From Verrucomicrobiota bacterium (GTDB lineage: Bacteria > Verrucomicrobiota > Verrucomicrobiia > Limisphaerales > CANJXF01), in the NCBI GenBank assembly GCA_038214755.1, contig JBBQRQ010000022.1:1-57340 (forward strand): a DNA stretch of 57,340 bases, given 5' to 3'. Position numbers and translations under genes: made by a program. Positions 1 through 8,226 of this stretch are shown in pieces (the first letter of the stretch is position 1; every line of letters begins with the position of its first letter). The notes beneath the pieces were generated by a model that was given only the letters and a program-made list of their open reading frames with translations, was not told the origin of the DNA and did no database searches.

Positions 1-243
1 CTGGCGCAACTGGAAGTTGTCGCGCTCCAGTTGGGCCAGACGCAGGCGCAGCGCCTCGATGGTTTCGGGCGGTTGCAGCTGCGGCTGGAGGCGGCGCTTC
101 CAATCGCGCAATTGCCAGCCGGGTAATCCCAGCTCGCGGGCGATTTGGGCCAGCGGCCGGCCGCTGGTGTTGAGGAGTTGCACGGCTTGCTTCTTGAACT
201 CAAGATCGTGCGTCGTTCGTTTGGGTTTCGTATTGCTGGACAT
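1..243 (-). CDS. IS3-family transposase OrfA (HTH), partial
   Basis: Manual translation MSSNTKPKRTTHDLEFKKQAVQLLNTSGRPLAQIARELGLPGWQLRDWKRR...LAQLERDNFQLRQ shows the HTH_Tnp_1 pattern plus a leucine zipper. The frame is open to the window edge. Confidence 0.85.
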   Translation of the reverse strand, partial: MSSNTKPKRTTHDLEFKKQAVQLLNTSGRPLAQIARELGLPGWQLRDWKRRLQPQLQPPETIEALRLRLAQLERDNFQLRQ

Positions 244-300
244 GGCGGTTTTCCTTTCTCAGGTTCTCCGCCCCTTGTCCACCGTTTCGGGGGAACTTCA
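1..300 (-). mobile_element. IS3-family insertion sequence, left end (runs off window)
   Basis: The minus strand starts TGAAGTTCCCCCGAAACGGTGGACA at 300, resembling an IS3-type IRL (5'-TG). An RBS and an OrfA-like ORF follow. Confidence 0.8.
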
Positions 301-1190
301 TGTTCAAGCCCGAGTGTTTTTTCGAGGATGCGCAAATTGCGTTTCAAGACAGGCAGCGCTTTTTCATATTCAGCGAGTCCCTGATAAGCCAAACCAAGTG
401 TATTGAGAGTTTGCCCCAGAATCGGGTGCTCCGGTCCAAGCAACCTTTCGAGAATTGCCAGACTTTCCTCGCACGAAGATACGGCCTGAGCATAATCGCC
501 CTGTTTCCATTGAATCATCGCCAGCAGATTTAGGTTTTGCGCACGAAGGACATTTTCTCGGTCCAAACTTTTTTGGAGAATATCAGAACTACGATTTATA
601 GAAGCTATGGTATCCGTGTATTTGCCTTCGGAGAAATAGAGCAGCCCCTGGGTTTGGAGAGTGAGGGAAAGCGCGGGATGTTCAGAGTCGTATATCTTCC
701 TTTGAATGGAAAAGCACTTTGCCAATAATGACGGCGCGTCGGACAACGATCCTTGTAACAGACTTGCCAAGGCTTGATCTTTCCAGATGCGGGCGATTAG
801 CGGTTGGTCTTTTGTCGTGTCGTTTCGACAAAAACCGAGTGCGCGGTTCAATATCTCAGTAACTTTTTCCGCGTCACCAAATGTCAGATAAGCTTCAGCC
901 GAAGTGGTCAGGAGTATTGCCAAATCCCTCTTCTTTGTTTTGGAAAACTGCTCTGCATCAGAAATGGCTTTATCAAGCTTTTGCGTAGCTGCGGAAAAGT
1001 TCCCAACATAGTAAAGCTCCATCGCCTCTTCGTGTAGTTTTTGACCCTTGGGCCAGGAGATCAGCAATTCCGAGCCGAAAAGCTCGTGAATATATGGACG
1101 CTGAGAAGAAGCTGTCAGACAAACGACGGTCGTCAGAAGACAACACAAGGGCAGAATTAGAGTCCTGCAAAGAAAACCCCTTGATCGCAT
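301..1190 (-). pseudogene. TPR-repeat (kinesin-light-chain-like) protein interrupted by IS3
   Basis: Manual translation from ATG 1190 gives a hydrophobic N-terminus and repeats such as GDYAQAVSSCEESLAILERLLGPEHPILGQTLNTLGLAYQGLAEYEKALPVLKRNLRILEKTLGLEH, cut at the IS end. It is missing from the ORF track because the frame stays open to the edge. Confidence 0.8.
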
Positions 1191-1268
1191 GAACGGAGTT
1201 AGGAGTCTGACACCGGACAAAGTCAAGGGACTCGTGAGAGGTTTGGTATTGTCGTCAGACTTCACTCG

Positions 1269-1991
1269 TTACGCGACAAGCTGAATCGAACAATAATCGG
1301 CCATTTGTTTGAGGAATGCTCTGTCTCCAGAAAGGATCTTCGCGCCCAAAAATAAAGCGTTCTGAATCAGAGCGGTGTCCCCAAAGAGATTGGATGCGTT
1401 GTTGGAAAATTTCTGCCTTTCTCTGTGCGACTGCTGGCGAATCTCCAGCAGCGCCAACGCATGGCAATAATCAGCTACAAGACAGCTTTGGTCGAAGTTT
1501 CGGAAACAAGCCTGAACGTTGGACGCGACATAACCGTGTAATCTCTCAGAAGAATCATTCATCAGGTTCTTAACGGAATCCCTCAGCCTCTCCCTCTTTA
1601 TCGGGCAATTCCACTTGTTCGGGTCGCCTGCGTTAGGGCCTGACCGCGGGGGTATCGGGCCAGAGAATATCTCTGGCAAGTGTGCATCTAGACGATGAAT
1701 CACAAGCCCTATGCTGCAATCCTTTATCTTCTCCACACCGAACAGAAAAACATTGCTTCGTCCGCCTCTAATTTTCTCGTTGAACAATTCTCCGTGAAGG
1801 TTGTTTCGCTCATCAACGATCGTTTTGCCCAAAATAAAAGCCAGCTGAGGCTGTGCGAGTGAGCGTTTCTTCCACTCGCAGTTATCCACAATGATACGTT
1901 CACCGGAACAAATAACGTGGAATAAATCTTCGCCGGTGGAAGACCCCAGGAAATTCGATTTGAAATCGTAAACTGAAAAGGAGTGCTTCAT
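1269..1991 (-). CDS. hypothetical protein, possible PIN-like C-terminus
   Basis: Likely start MKHSFSVYDF at 1991 within the 359-aa ORF. C-terminus is GDTALIQNALFLGAKILSGDRAFLKQMA. Confidence 0.55.
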   Translation of the reverse strand: MKHSFSVYDFKSNFLGSSTGEDLFHVICSGERIIVDNCEWKKRSLAQPQLAFILGKTIVDERNNLHGELFNEKIRGGRSNVFLFGVEKIKDCSIGLVIHRLDAHLPEIFSGPIPPRSGPNAGDPNKWNCPIKRERLRDSVKNLMNDSSERLHGYVASNVQACFRNFDQSCLVADYCHALALLEIRQQSHRERQKFSNNASNLFGDTALIQNALFLGAKILSGDRAFLKQMADYCSIQLVA

Positions 1992-2068
1992 ATTTGCTCT
2001 TAACCCGTTCACCGAGGATACTCTGGCACCCCTCGGCAATGCGTCAACCAAACCGGACGATTCAGAAT

Positions 2069-2416
2069 TCAAGGCCGGAATTGTGGGAATGGACCACACA
2101 GCGGTTTCGGCATGTAGTCGCCGGTGTAGGGGCGCGGCATGGTGTCGAGTTTGTAGTTGCCGTAGCTCGGCAGGGGCAGGGTGCGACTCGAACTGGAATC
2201 CAGGCCGTAGCTGCGGGGCGAGACGTAGCCCGGTTGCTGCGACGGATAGCCGCGATAGCTGAGGTTGTCGTAGGGCGTGCCGTTGGCTGGCGTGCGGTAA
2301 TACGGCTGCACATAGGTTCCGCTGCTCCGTTGATAACCGCTCACCCATTCAGCTTGGGCGACAGCGGAGGTCGTGAGAATTGCGACGGCGAGGGCGAGTT
2401 TGGTCAGAGTTTTCAT
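2069..2416 (-). CDS. small secreted protein with VSGYxRxxGTYVxPYxRT motif
   Basis: Signal peptide MKTLTKLALAVAILTTSAVAQA followed by EWVSGYQRSSGTYVQPYYRTPANG. Confidence 0.75.
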   Translation of the reverse strand: MKTLTKLALAVAILTTSAVAQAEWVSGYQRSSGTYVQPYYRTPANGTPYDNLSYRGYPSQQPGYVSPRSYGLDSSSSRTLPLPSYGNYKLDTMPRPYTGDYMPKPLCGPFPQFRP

Positions 2417-2604
2417 AGTTTTGATTTTTTGTTTGTTGTTGTTGGCGTTTCGTTCATTCGAACCGCCTTCACTCACTCCATCGCAAACGGGGAAATGTTT
2501 CTTACAACTATTTTTGGACAGGGATTGCACGGATGAATTTCCCGCGAAAGAACACAAAGAACGCAGAGGAAGAATTCACCGAGTGGAATTTAAGAAAAGA
2601 AGGG

Positions 2605-2785
2605 AAACCACAGATGGACGGGCAAGTGTCATCTGATGTTGGTCAGGGAAGTGTCATCTGATCTAGGTCAGATGACACTTGCCCGATGGACACAGATGAA
2701 CACAGATCAGAAAGAGTTGCGCAAGAACAGCAGATCAACCGGGAAGTGAATATGTTTTCGGAAAATCTGTGTCCATCTGTGGTTT
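2605..2785. repeat. 9-mer-type palindrome (AAACCACAGATGGACACAGAT / ATCTGTGTCCATCTGTGGTTT), left arm interrupted
   Basis: The right arm at 2765-2785 is the exact reverse complement of the left arm once the insertion and one copy of its target duplication are removed. Confidence 0.8.
2620..2684. mobile_element. 65-bp MITE-like hairpin insertion with target-site duplication
   Basis: 17-bp terminal inverted repeat GGGCAAGTGTCATCTGA / TCAGATGACACTTGCCC, flanked by GATGGAC at 2613-2619 and 2685-2691. Confidence 0.7.
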
Positions 2786-2999
2786 TCGACTGCTCTTTTT
2801 AGGATGAACAATTTGCCACGAGAACAAGCTGAAGCTTTGACTCCAACAATTGAATTTACGAACGGCGCACACGGAGTGACGCGCCCTACCTTGGATTTCC
2901 CTTTCGTGTCGTTCGTGTGTTTCGCGGTGAAAATTCTTTGCGCTCCCGTGGGTTCTTTCGCGGCTTGCCGCAGATAAATCGTTGGACTAGGCTGCGGCC

Positions 3000-3221
3000 A
3001 TGATAACGGTGGAAACAACGGAGGCAGACGTGCGGGTGACGATTTCCAAGGATGCCGTGCCGCCGGAGCAGCTTGATGCGTTTCTGAACTGGTTGCGGCT
3101 GGAGGAGATTGTCCAGCGGAGCCGCCTGACCGAGGAGGACGCCAACCGCATCGCCGATGACATCAAGGCGGAGTGGTGGGCAGCCAACAAGGACAGATTT
3201 ATTCCGCCGAGCGACCAATGA
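3000..3221 (+). CDS. putative antitoxin
   Basis: 73-aa acidic protein overlapping (ATGA) the downstream PIN gene. Confidence 0.7.
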   Translation: MITVETTEADVRVTISKDAVPPEQLDAFLNWLRLEEIVQRSRLTEEDANRIADDIKAEWWAANKDRFIPPSDQ

Positions 3222-3652
3222 ACGCGGAGTGCGTCATTGTTGACGCGAACATCGCGTTTAAATGTCTGCGCGCCGGACGACGTGATTTGCGCGGGCGCAT
3301 CGGGCCGGGCGGCCATCCCAATTTCTTCAGTCCACGTTTTCTTTTCGTCGAGTTATTCAAACACAAGGAGCGGCTGGCACAGGCGAGCGGGCTGGCGGAG
3401 GCGGATTTGTTGGAAGGTCTCTACGCGGTGGTAAGCCAGTTGGAGTTCGTGAGCGAAGCGAACATTCCGATGGGAACATGGTTGGAAGCGTATCGACTCT
3501 GCAAAGAGATTGATAAAGATGACACGCCCTATGTGGCGCTCACTCTGCATCTGGACGGGCGTTTGTGGACGGAAGATCGCGAGTTGAAAGCCGCTTTGCG
3601 GGCAAAAGGATTTGATCGGTTTTTCGAGCCGCAATCCCTGCCATTCACATGA
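3218..3652 (+). CDS. PIN-domain (VapC-like) toxin
   Basis: Acidic PIN motifs VIVDANI...FVELFKH...DKDDTPYVALTLHLDGRLWTEDREL. Confidence 0.85.
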   Translation: MNAECVIVDANIAFKCLRAGRRDLRGRIGPGGHPNFFSPRFLFVELFKHKERLAQASGLAEADLLEGLYAVVSQLEFVSEANIPMGTWLEAYRLCKEIDKDDTPYVALTLHLDGRLWTEDRELKAALRAKGFDRFFEPQSLPFT

Positions 3653-4254
3653 ACCCTCCTGCCCTCAAATTGCTGCAACAAGGCGATGCCGCTGCCTGGG
3701 ACGAGGCGTTTCACTGGTTGTGGCCAACCGTTTTTGCGGTGGCGCAATTGAAACTGCAACCGTTTCTTCCCTCAGACATCGAGGATGTGGCGATGGAATC
3801 GCTTGAAGAATTGGTGGAAAAAGTTCGCGAGATTAAAACGGTTGAGGAATTAAAACCGCTGGCGGCGAGCATTGCGCACCATCGGGCGGTCAGCCGGTTG
3901 CGGGAACAATTTGCCGCCAAGCGTGGCGCGGGAAAAACCGAAAGTTTGAATGCGCTACTAGGCAACGAGGAAAATCCGTTTGATCCAGCCAGCGGCGATT
4001 CTACTTTGGCAAAGTTGGGGCAAACGGAATTGGCTCGTTTGCTCGGAGAACTCCAATCGGAAATAAAACCGGAACAACGCGCGATCATCACCGATTTCTT
4101 TTTGCATGGGTTGAGCTACGAACAGATTTCCGCCAAACACGGCGTGGCCATCGGAACGGTCGGAGTTTATTTGAAGCGCGGATTGGAAGCGATGCGGCGC
4201 GCGGGAGAGCGGCATCCGAAATTGTTGAAAGAACTGGAGGCGTTTCTGCGATGA
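3649..4254 (+). CDS. ECF RNA polymerase sigma factor
   Basis: Region 2 (DAAAWDEAF...DIEDVAMESL) and region 4 (GLSYEQISAKHGVAIGTVGVYLKRG). Confidence 0.9.
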   Translation: MNPPALKLLQQGDAAAWDEAFHWLWPTVFAVAQLKLQPFLPSDIEDVAMESLEELVEKVREIKTVEELKPLAASIAHHRAVSRLREQFAAKRGAGKTESLNALLGNEENPFDPASGDSTLAKLGQTELARLLGELQSEIKPEQRAIITDFFLHGLSYEQISAKHGVAIGTVGVYLKRGLEAMRRAGERHPKLLKELEAFLR

Positions 4255-4982
4255 ATACCATGAATGACGAACGCTTTTTTGATCTGGCTATGAAGGTCAT
4301 CGCCCAACAGGCAACAGACGCCGAGCGCGCGGAATTGAATTCGTCGCTGGCCGAAGATCCGAAATTGAAAGTGGAGTTTGAGCGATTGCAGGCTGAGACG
4401 AAACTTGCCAAAGAAGTTGTCCCTTTGCTGGCCGCGACGGAATCGACGGCTGGAGAATTTCCGGCGTATGCGCGCGGGCGTTTGCAAACGAAAGTCCGGG
4501 AAACGCTCGGCGCTCACAGAACGCCGCTACAAGACGCGGAGAAGAAATCGGCCTGGCGCTGGCAATGGATTCTTGGTTTGGCAACCGCAACGGCGGTGAT
4601 GCTGTTTCTGCTTATTCCCGTTTTCACGCCATCGGACAAAATGATTGTGCAAGTTGCGATGTTGGATACGGCTGGTTCAACCCGAGGCGCGAACGCAAAT
4701 GAAATCACGGCTCTGCAAAAACTTGGGACAGGCTCGACGGTGCAGAGTTTTTCTCAGAGCAATGAATTAGCGGTATGGGAAAATGATTGGCCGCGGAAAG
4801 AGAAGCAGCCCATTGCCAAAATTATTTATGATCGGGCGGCGGGAGAAGTTCGCGTTTTGGGCCGCTGGGATGGCAAACCGTTTCAAAAAACGTTTCTGGT
4901 CGAGCGCGATTTGGAAACGACTTTGAGGGAAGCTGAAACGTTTATTCTTGAACAGACTGGCGGAGGACACAGGAAAAACTGA
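4251..4982 (+). CDS. putative membrane-anchored anti-sigma factor
   Basis: Overlaps the ECF stop. N-terminal helical anti-sigma-like region and a single TM segment (WQWILGLATATAVMLFLLIPVF). Confidence 0.7.
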   Translation: MNTMNDERFFDLAMKVIAQQATDAERAELNSSLAEDPKLKVEFERLQAETKLAKEVVPLLAATESTAGEFPAYARGRLQTKVRETLGAHRTPLQDAEKKSAWRWQWILGLATATAVMLFLLIPVFTPSDKMIVQVAMLDTAGSTRGANANEITALQKLGTGSTVQSFSQSNELAVWENDWPRKEKQPIAKIIYDRAAGEVRVLGRWDGKPFQKTFLVERDLETTLREAETFILEQTGGGHRKN

Positions 4983-4983
4983 T

Positions 4984-5586
4984 TCAGCTAAATTCACGCC
5001 GTCCTTCCAACGCCCGGCTCAATGTAATTTCATCGGCGAATTCCAGGCCGCTTCCCGCGGGCAAACCGTGAGCGATGCGGGAAATTTTCACCCCTTTTCC
5101 AGCGAGACGTTTTGCCAAATAAAAACTAGTGGCGTCGCCTTCCACATCGGTGCTCAACGCGATGATGATTTCTTTAATCGGCTCTTTGGTGACGCGCGCT
5201 TCCAATTCGGCGATGCGCAAATCTTCCGGCTCAACTCCATTCAGCGGAGAAATTTTTCCGCCGAGCACGTGAAATTTGCCGCGAAAAGTTCCGGCTTTTT
5301 CGATGCTGAGGATGTCCACCGGACGCTCCACCAGACAGATCAAACTAGCGTCGCGTCGCGGATCGTCGCAGATGGCGCAAGGATTTTTTTCGGTGAGAGC
5401 GCCGCAGATTTGGCAGAGTTGAATTTTCTCGCGAGCAGTGACGAGGGAATGGGCGAGTTGCCGAACTTCGCCCATTTCGCTTTGCACGAGATGCAACGCG
5501 AGTCGCTCGGCGGAACGCGGGCCGATGCCGGGAAGTTTTCCGAGCGCGGCGGTCAATTGCAAAATGGGTTCAGGAAGAGAACGCAT
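4984..5586 (-). CDS. recR: recombination mediator RecR
   Basis: LPGIGPRSAERLA HhH, CxxC..CxxC zinc finger, Toprim domain, ending ALEGRREF. Confidence 0.97.
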   Translation of the reverse strand: MRSLPEPILQLTAALGKLPGIGPRSAERLALHLVQSEMGEVRQLAHSLVTAREKIQLCQICGALTEKNPCAICDDPRRDASLICLVERPVDILSIEKAGTFRGKFHVLGGKISPLNGVEPEDLRIAELEARVTKEPIKEIIIALSTDVEGDATSFYLAKRLAGKGVKISRIAHGLPAGSGLEFADEITLSRALEGRREFS

Positions 5587-5590
5587 GAGG

Positions 5591-5680
5591 AATTTACGAT
5601 TTGTGATTTACGATTTACGAACCAATTTTGCCGGGCGGTTCCGTTCGCATTCGTAAATCGTAAATCGCCATTCGTAAATT
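5591..5680. repeat. GATTTAC heptamer-repeat palindrome
   Basis: AATTTACGATTTGTGATTTACGATTTACGAA ... TTCGTAAATCGTAAATCGCCATTCGTAAATT. Confidence 0.85.
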
Positions 5681-5681
5681 T

Positions 5682-5993
5682 CTACGTCATCCCCGGCAAA
5701 TTAAATCCCGCGGTCGCTTTTCCCATTTCCGCGTCGGAAATTTCCTTAGCCTGGGTGAGCGCCTGATTTGTCGCTCCGAGAATCATGTCTTCGAGCAATT
5801 GCGCGTCGGTTGGGTTGAGCGCTTGCGGATCGATTTTGATCGAAGCGAGTGTGCCGTCGCATTTTGCGACGACTTTCACCGCGCCGCCTCCGCTGGTCGC
5901 TTCAACCGTGCGGGCGGCGAGGTCGGCTTGAATTTTCCCCATCTGTTGCTGCATGCGTTGCGCTTGCTTCATTAATTTTCCGATGCTGGACAT
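5682..5993 (-). CDS. ybaB: nucleoid-associated protein YbaB/EbfC
   Basis: MKQAQRMQQQM...SGGGAVKV...LLEDMIL motif and position between dnaX and recR. Confidence 0.95.
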   Translation of the reverse strand: MSSIGKLMKQAQRMQQQMGKIQADLAARTVEATSGGGAVKVVAKCDGTLASIKIDPQALNPTDAQLLEDMILGATNQALTQAKEISDAEMGKATAGFNLPGMT

Positions 5994-6023
5994 ATTTTTG
6001 ATTTACGATTTTGGATTTTCGAT

Positions 6024-7802
6024 TTACGAGCGGACTTCGACGATTTGGCCCTTGAAAATTTCCAATGCTTTTTGGATCAGCGGATCGTTTTTGAAATCGT
6101 CTTTGTTGAACGGAACGGATTCGGTTTTGGTTTTCGCAGCTGTAGGAATTTCACGCGCAGGCGACAAAGGAAGGGAAGGTCGCGAAAGACTTTCGGCGCT
6201 GACCGCAGGGGAAAGGCGTTCGGACGCGGGTTGAATATTGGGCAAGGCGCGATTGGTCGGGGCTTCGGCCTTGATGAATTTTACCTGCGAATTTGGAAAA
6301 CCAAGTTCGCTCAACTTCGTTTGAACGAGCGAGTGATTTCGCGCGTTGTCCACGAGGGGCAAATGATCGGCGAATTCAGGGTCGAAGCCGATGGTCAAAA
6401 TATTTTTCGCAAACGAAACCGGATGCGCTTCGACAAAATAGGTTCGGACAAACGGGCTGGCGCGACCAACGGAATCGACGAGTTGCGTCCAAAGTTTTTC
6501 CAAATCTAAATCGGCGGTCGGAACCGAATCTGTGGCCGGCGTGGCGGGAGCGGCGGTTTGGGTTTGCGAAACCGGTGTGGAAATTTTTGCAGGAGGATGC
6601 GCGGGCAGGATGGCCGCAGAGGCGGGCTGGAAGCCTGCCCCACTAGCAGGAGCGGAAACCGTTCCGCTGCGTAAATTTTGCAGTTGTTTCAAAACCGTGT
6701 CGAGGCTGACGGCGCTTCTCGCCTCTATGGCCTTGAGCAACGCCACTTCGATCAAAATCTTTTTCGACGCGGCGTCGCGCAATCGGCCTTCGCAATCGGT
6801 CAAAACTTCCATGATGCGAGTCAGCGCGTCCGCACTCAACGGGGCGGATTGCTCTTTCAACACGGCGGCTTCGGCTTCGGAGACTTCGAGGATGCGCATG
6901 TCGCCGCGCGAAACCTGGAAAATGAGCAGGTTGCGAAAATGATTTAGCAGTTCGGAAAGCAACCGCGCCAAATCTTTTCCTTGCTTCGACAAGTCATTTA
7001 ACTCGCGCAACGCCGGTTCGATTTCTCCAGCGAGAATTGCTTGGGCGAGCGAATAAATCTGGCTCTGCGCGGTCAACCCAAACATCGACAAAACATCTGC
7101 CTCGGCAATTTCCTCTCCGCAAAAGCTGATCAGTTGATCGAGCGTCGATTCGGCGTCGCGCATTCCGCCGTCGGCACCCCGGGCAATGGCGTGGAGCGCG
7201 GCGGCGTCGATTTTCACGCCTTCTTTTTTCGCGATGTAAGCCAGATGTTCGACGATGAGTTTCGCCGGAATTCGCCGCAGGTCAAAACGCTGGCAGCGCG
7301 AAAGAATCGTGGGGAGGACTTTCTCCGGCTCAGTCGTGGCGAACATGAATTTCACGTGCGCGGGCGGCTCTTCCAAAGTTTTCAAAAGCGCGTTGAACGC
7401 CTCCTTCGTCAGCATGTGAACTTCGTCGATAATGTAGATTTTAAACTTGGAACCGGCCGGAGCATATTTGGCCGTCTCCCGCAGTTCACGGATTTCATCA
7501 ATGCCGCGATTGCTCGCGCCGTCGATTTCCATGACATCGAGCGAACGGCCTTCGGTGATTTCGTTGGCGCGCGGATCGTCGTCGGGAAAGTCTATTTTTG
7601 GACCGTCAGTGCAGTTCAAACATTTGGCAAAAATTCTCGCGATGGTTGTTTTGCCCGTGCCGCGCGGCCCGACGAAAAGATAGGCGTGCGCAATGCGTTT
7701 TTGTTCGATGGCGTTGGAAAGAGTTTGCGTGACGTGCTCCTGACCGACGACGTCGGCGAAACGTTGCGGGCGATATTTTCTGGCGATGACCTGGTATGAC
7801 AT
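6024..7802 (-). CDS. dnaX: DNA polymerase III subunit gamma/tau
   Basis: ARKYRPQRF, GPRGTGKTT, IIDEVHML, SRC motif. Confidence 0.98.
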   Translation of the reverse strand: MSYQVIARKYRPQRFADVVGQEHVTQTLSNAIEQKRIAHAYLFVGPRGTGKTTIARIFAKCLNCTDGPKIDFPDDDPRANEITEGRSLDVMEIDGASNRGIDEIRELRETAKYAPAGSKFKIYIIDEVHMLTKEAFNALLKTLEEPPAHVKFMFATTEPEKVLPTILSRCQRFDLRRIPAKLIVEHLAYIAKKEGVKIDAAALHAIARGADGGMRDAESTLDQLISFCGEEIAEADVLSMFGLTAQSQIYSLAQAILAGEIEPALRELNDLSKQGKDLARLLSELLNHFRNLLIFQVSRGDMRILEVSEAEAAVLKEQSAPLSADALTRIMEVLTDCEGRLRDAASKKILIEVALLKAIEARSAVSLDTVLKQLQNLRSGTVSAPASGAGFQPASAAILPAHPPAKISTPVSQTQTAAPATPATDSVPTADLDLEKLWTQLVDSVGRASPFVRTYFVEAHPVSFAKNILTIGFDPEFADHLPLVDNARNHSLVQTKLSELGFPNSQVKFIKAEAPTNRALPNIQPASERLSPAVSAESLSRPSLPLSPAREIPTAAKTKTESVPFNKDDFKNDPLIQKALEIFKGQIVEVRS

Positions 7803-7804
7803 TG

Positions 7805-7883
7805 ACGATTTACGAATGACGATTTACGAGCCGGACGAAGATTGGAGCGACAATCGTAAATCCGAAATCATAAATCGTAAATT
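7805..7883. repeat. GATTTAC heptamer-repeat palindrome
   Basis: GACGATTTACGAATGACGATTTACGA ... TCGTAAATCCGAAATCATAAATCGTAAATT between ffs and dnaX. Confidence 0.8.
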
Positions 7884-7887
7884 AACG

Positions 7888-7984
7888 AAGCCAGGGTAAC
7901 CACGGCGGACGCGGAGCAAACTACCGTTGCTGCATTCCTGCCCTGGCGGGGTTCGTAAGTCCTCGTTCCATGGCCCCTGGCAAA
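7888..7984 (-). ncRNA. ffs: signal recognition particle RNA (small bacterial SRP)
   Basis: The minus strand has the domain IV motif CAGG-GCA-GGAA-TGC-AGCA, the GCCAGGG/CCCTGGC ends pair, and it lies upstream of dnaX. Confidence 0.9.
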
Positions 7985-8051
7985 TTCGCGCGTCAAAATA
8001 ATCTCGTCACCGGAACGCATCAAGTTTTATTGCCGGAGTCAAACAGCGCGG

Positions 8052-8222
8052 GGGTAGCATCTGCCTCCGGCGGGTGCGACGAAACCAATTCGATGTTCGA
8101 CGTCCGATGTTGGATGTTGGATGTTCCGCGTCCGATGTTCGATGTGGAAATTTAACAGGACATCGAACATCCAACATCGAGATAGGAAATGTGTTCGCAC
8201 CCGCCGGAGGCAGATGCTACCC
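8052..8222. repeat. REP-like palindrome GGGTAGCATCTGCCTCCGGCGGGTGCG enclosing GATGTTC heptamer repeats
   Basis: 27-bp inverted arms at 8052-8078 and 8196-8222. The same family occurs at 17559-17743 and 25966-26103. Confidence 0.9.
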
Positions 8223-8226
8223 GCCA

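Noticed and set aside
1992..2348. N-terminal third of the 359-aa ORF
   Set aside because: It overlaps, in another frame, the more convincing secreted-protein gene at 2069-2416.
6024..7802. Programmed -1 frameshift in dnaX
   Set aside because: I did not spot an A-AAA-AAG or long poly-A slippery site with a downstream hairpin.
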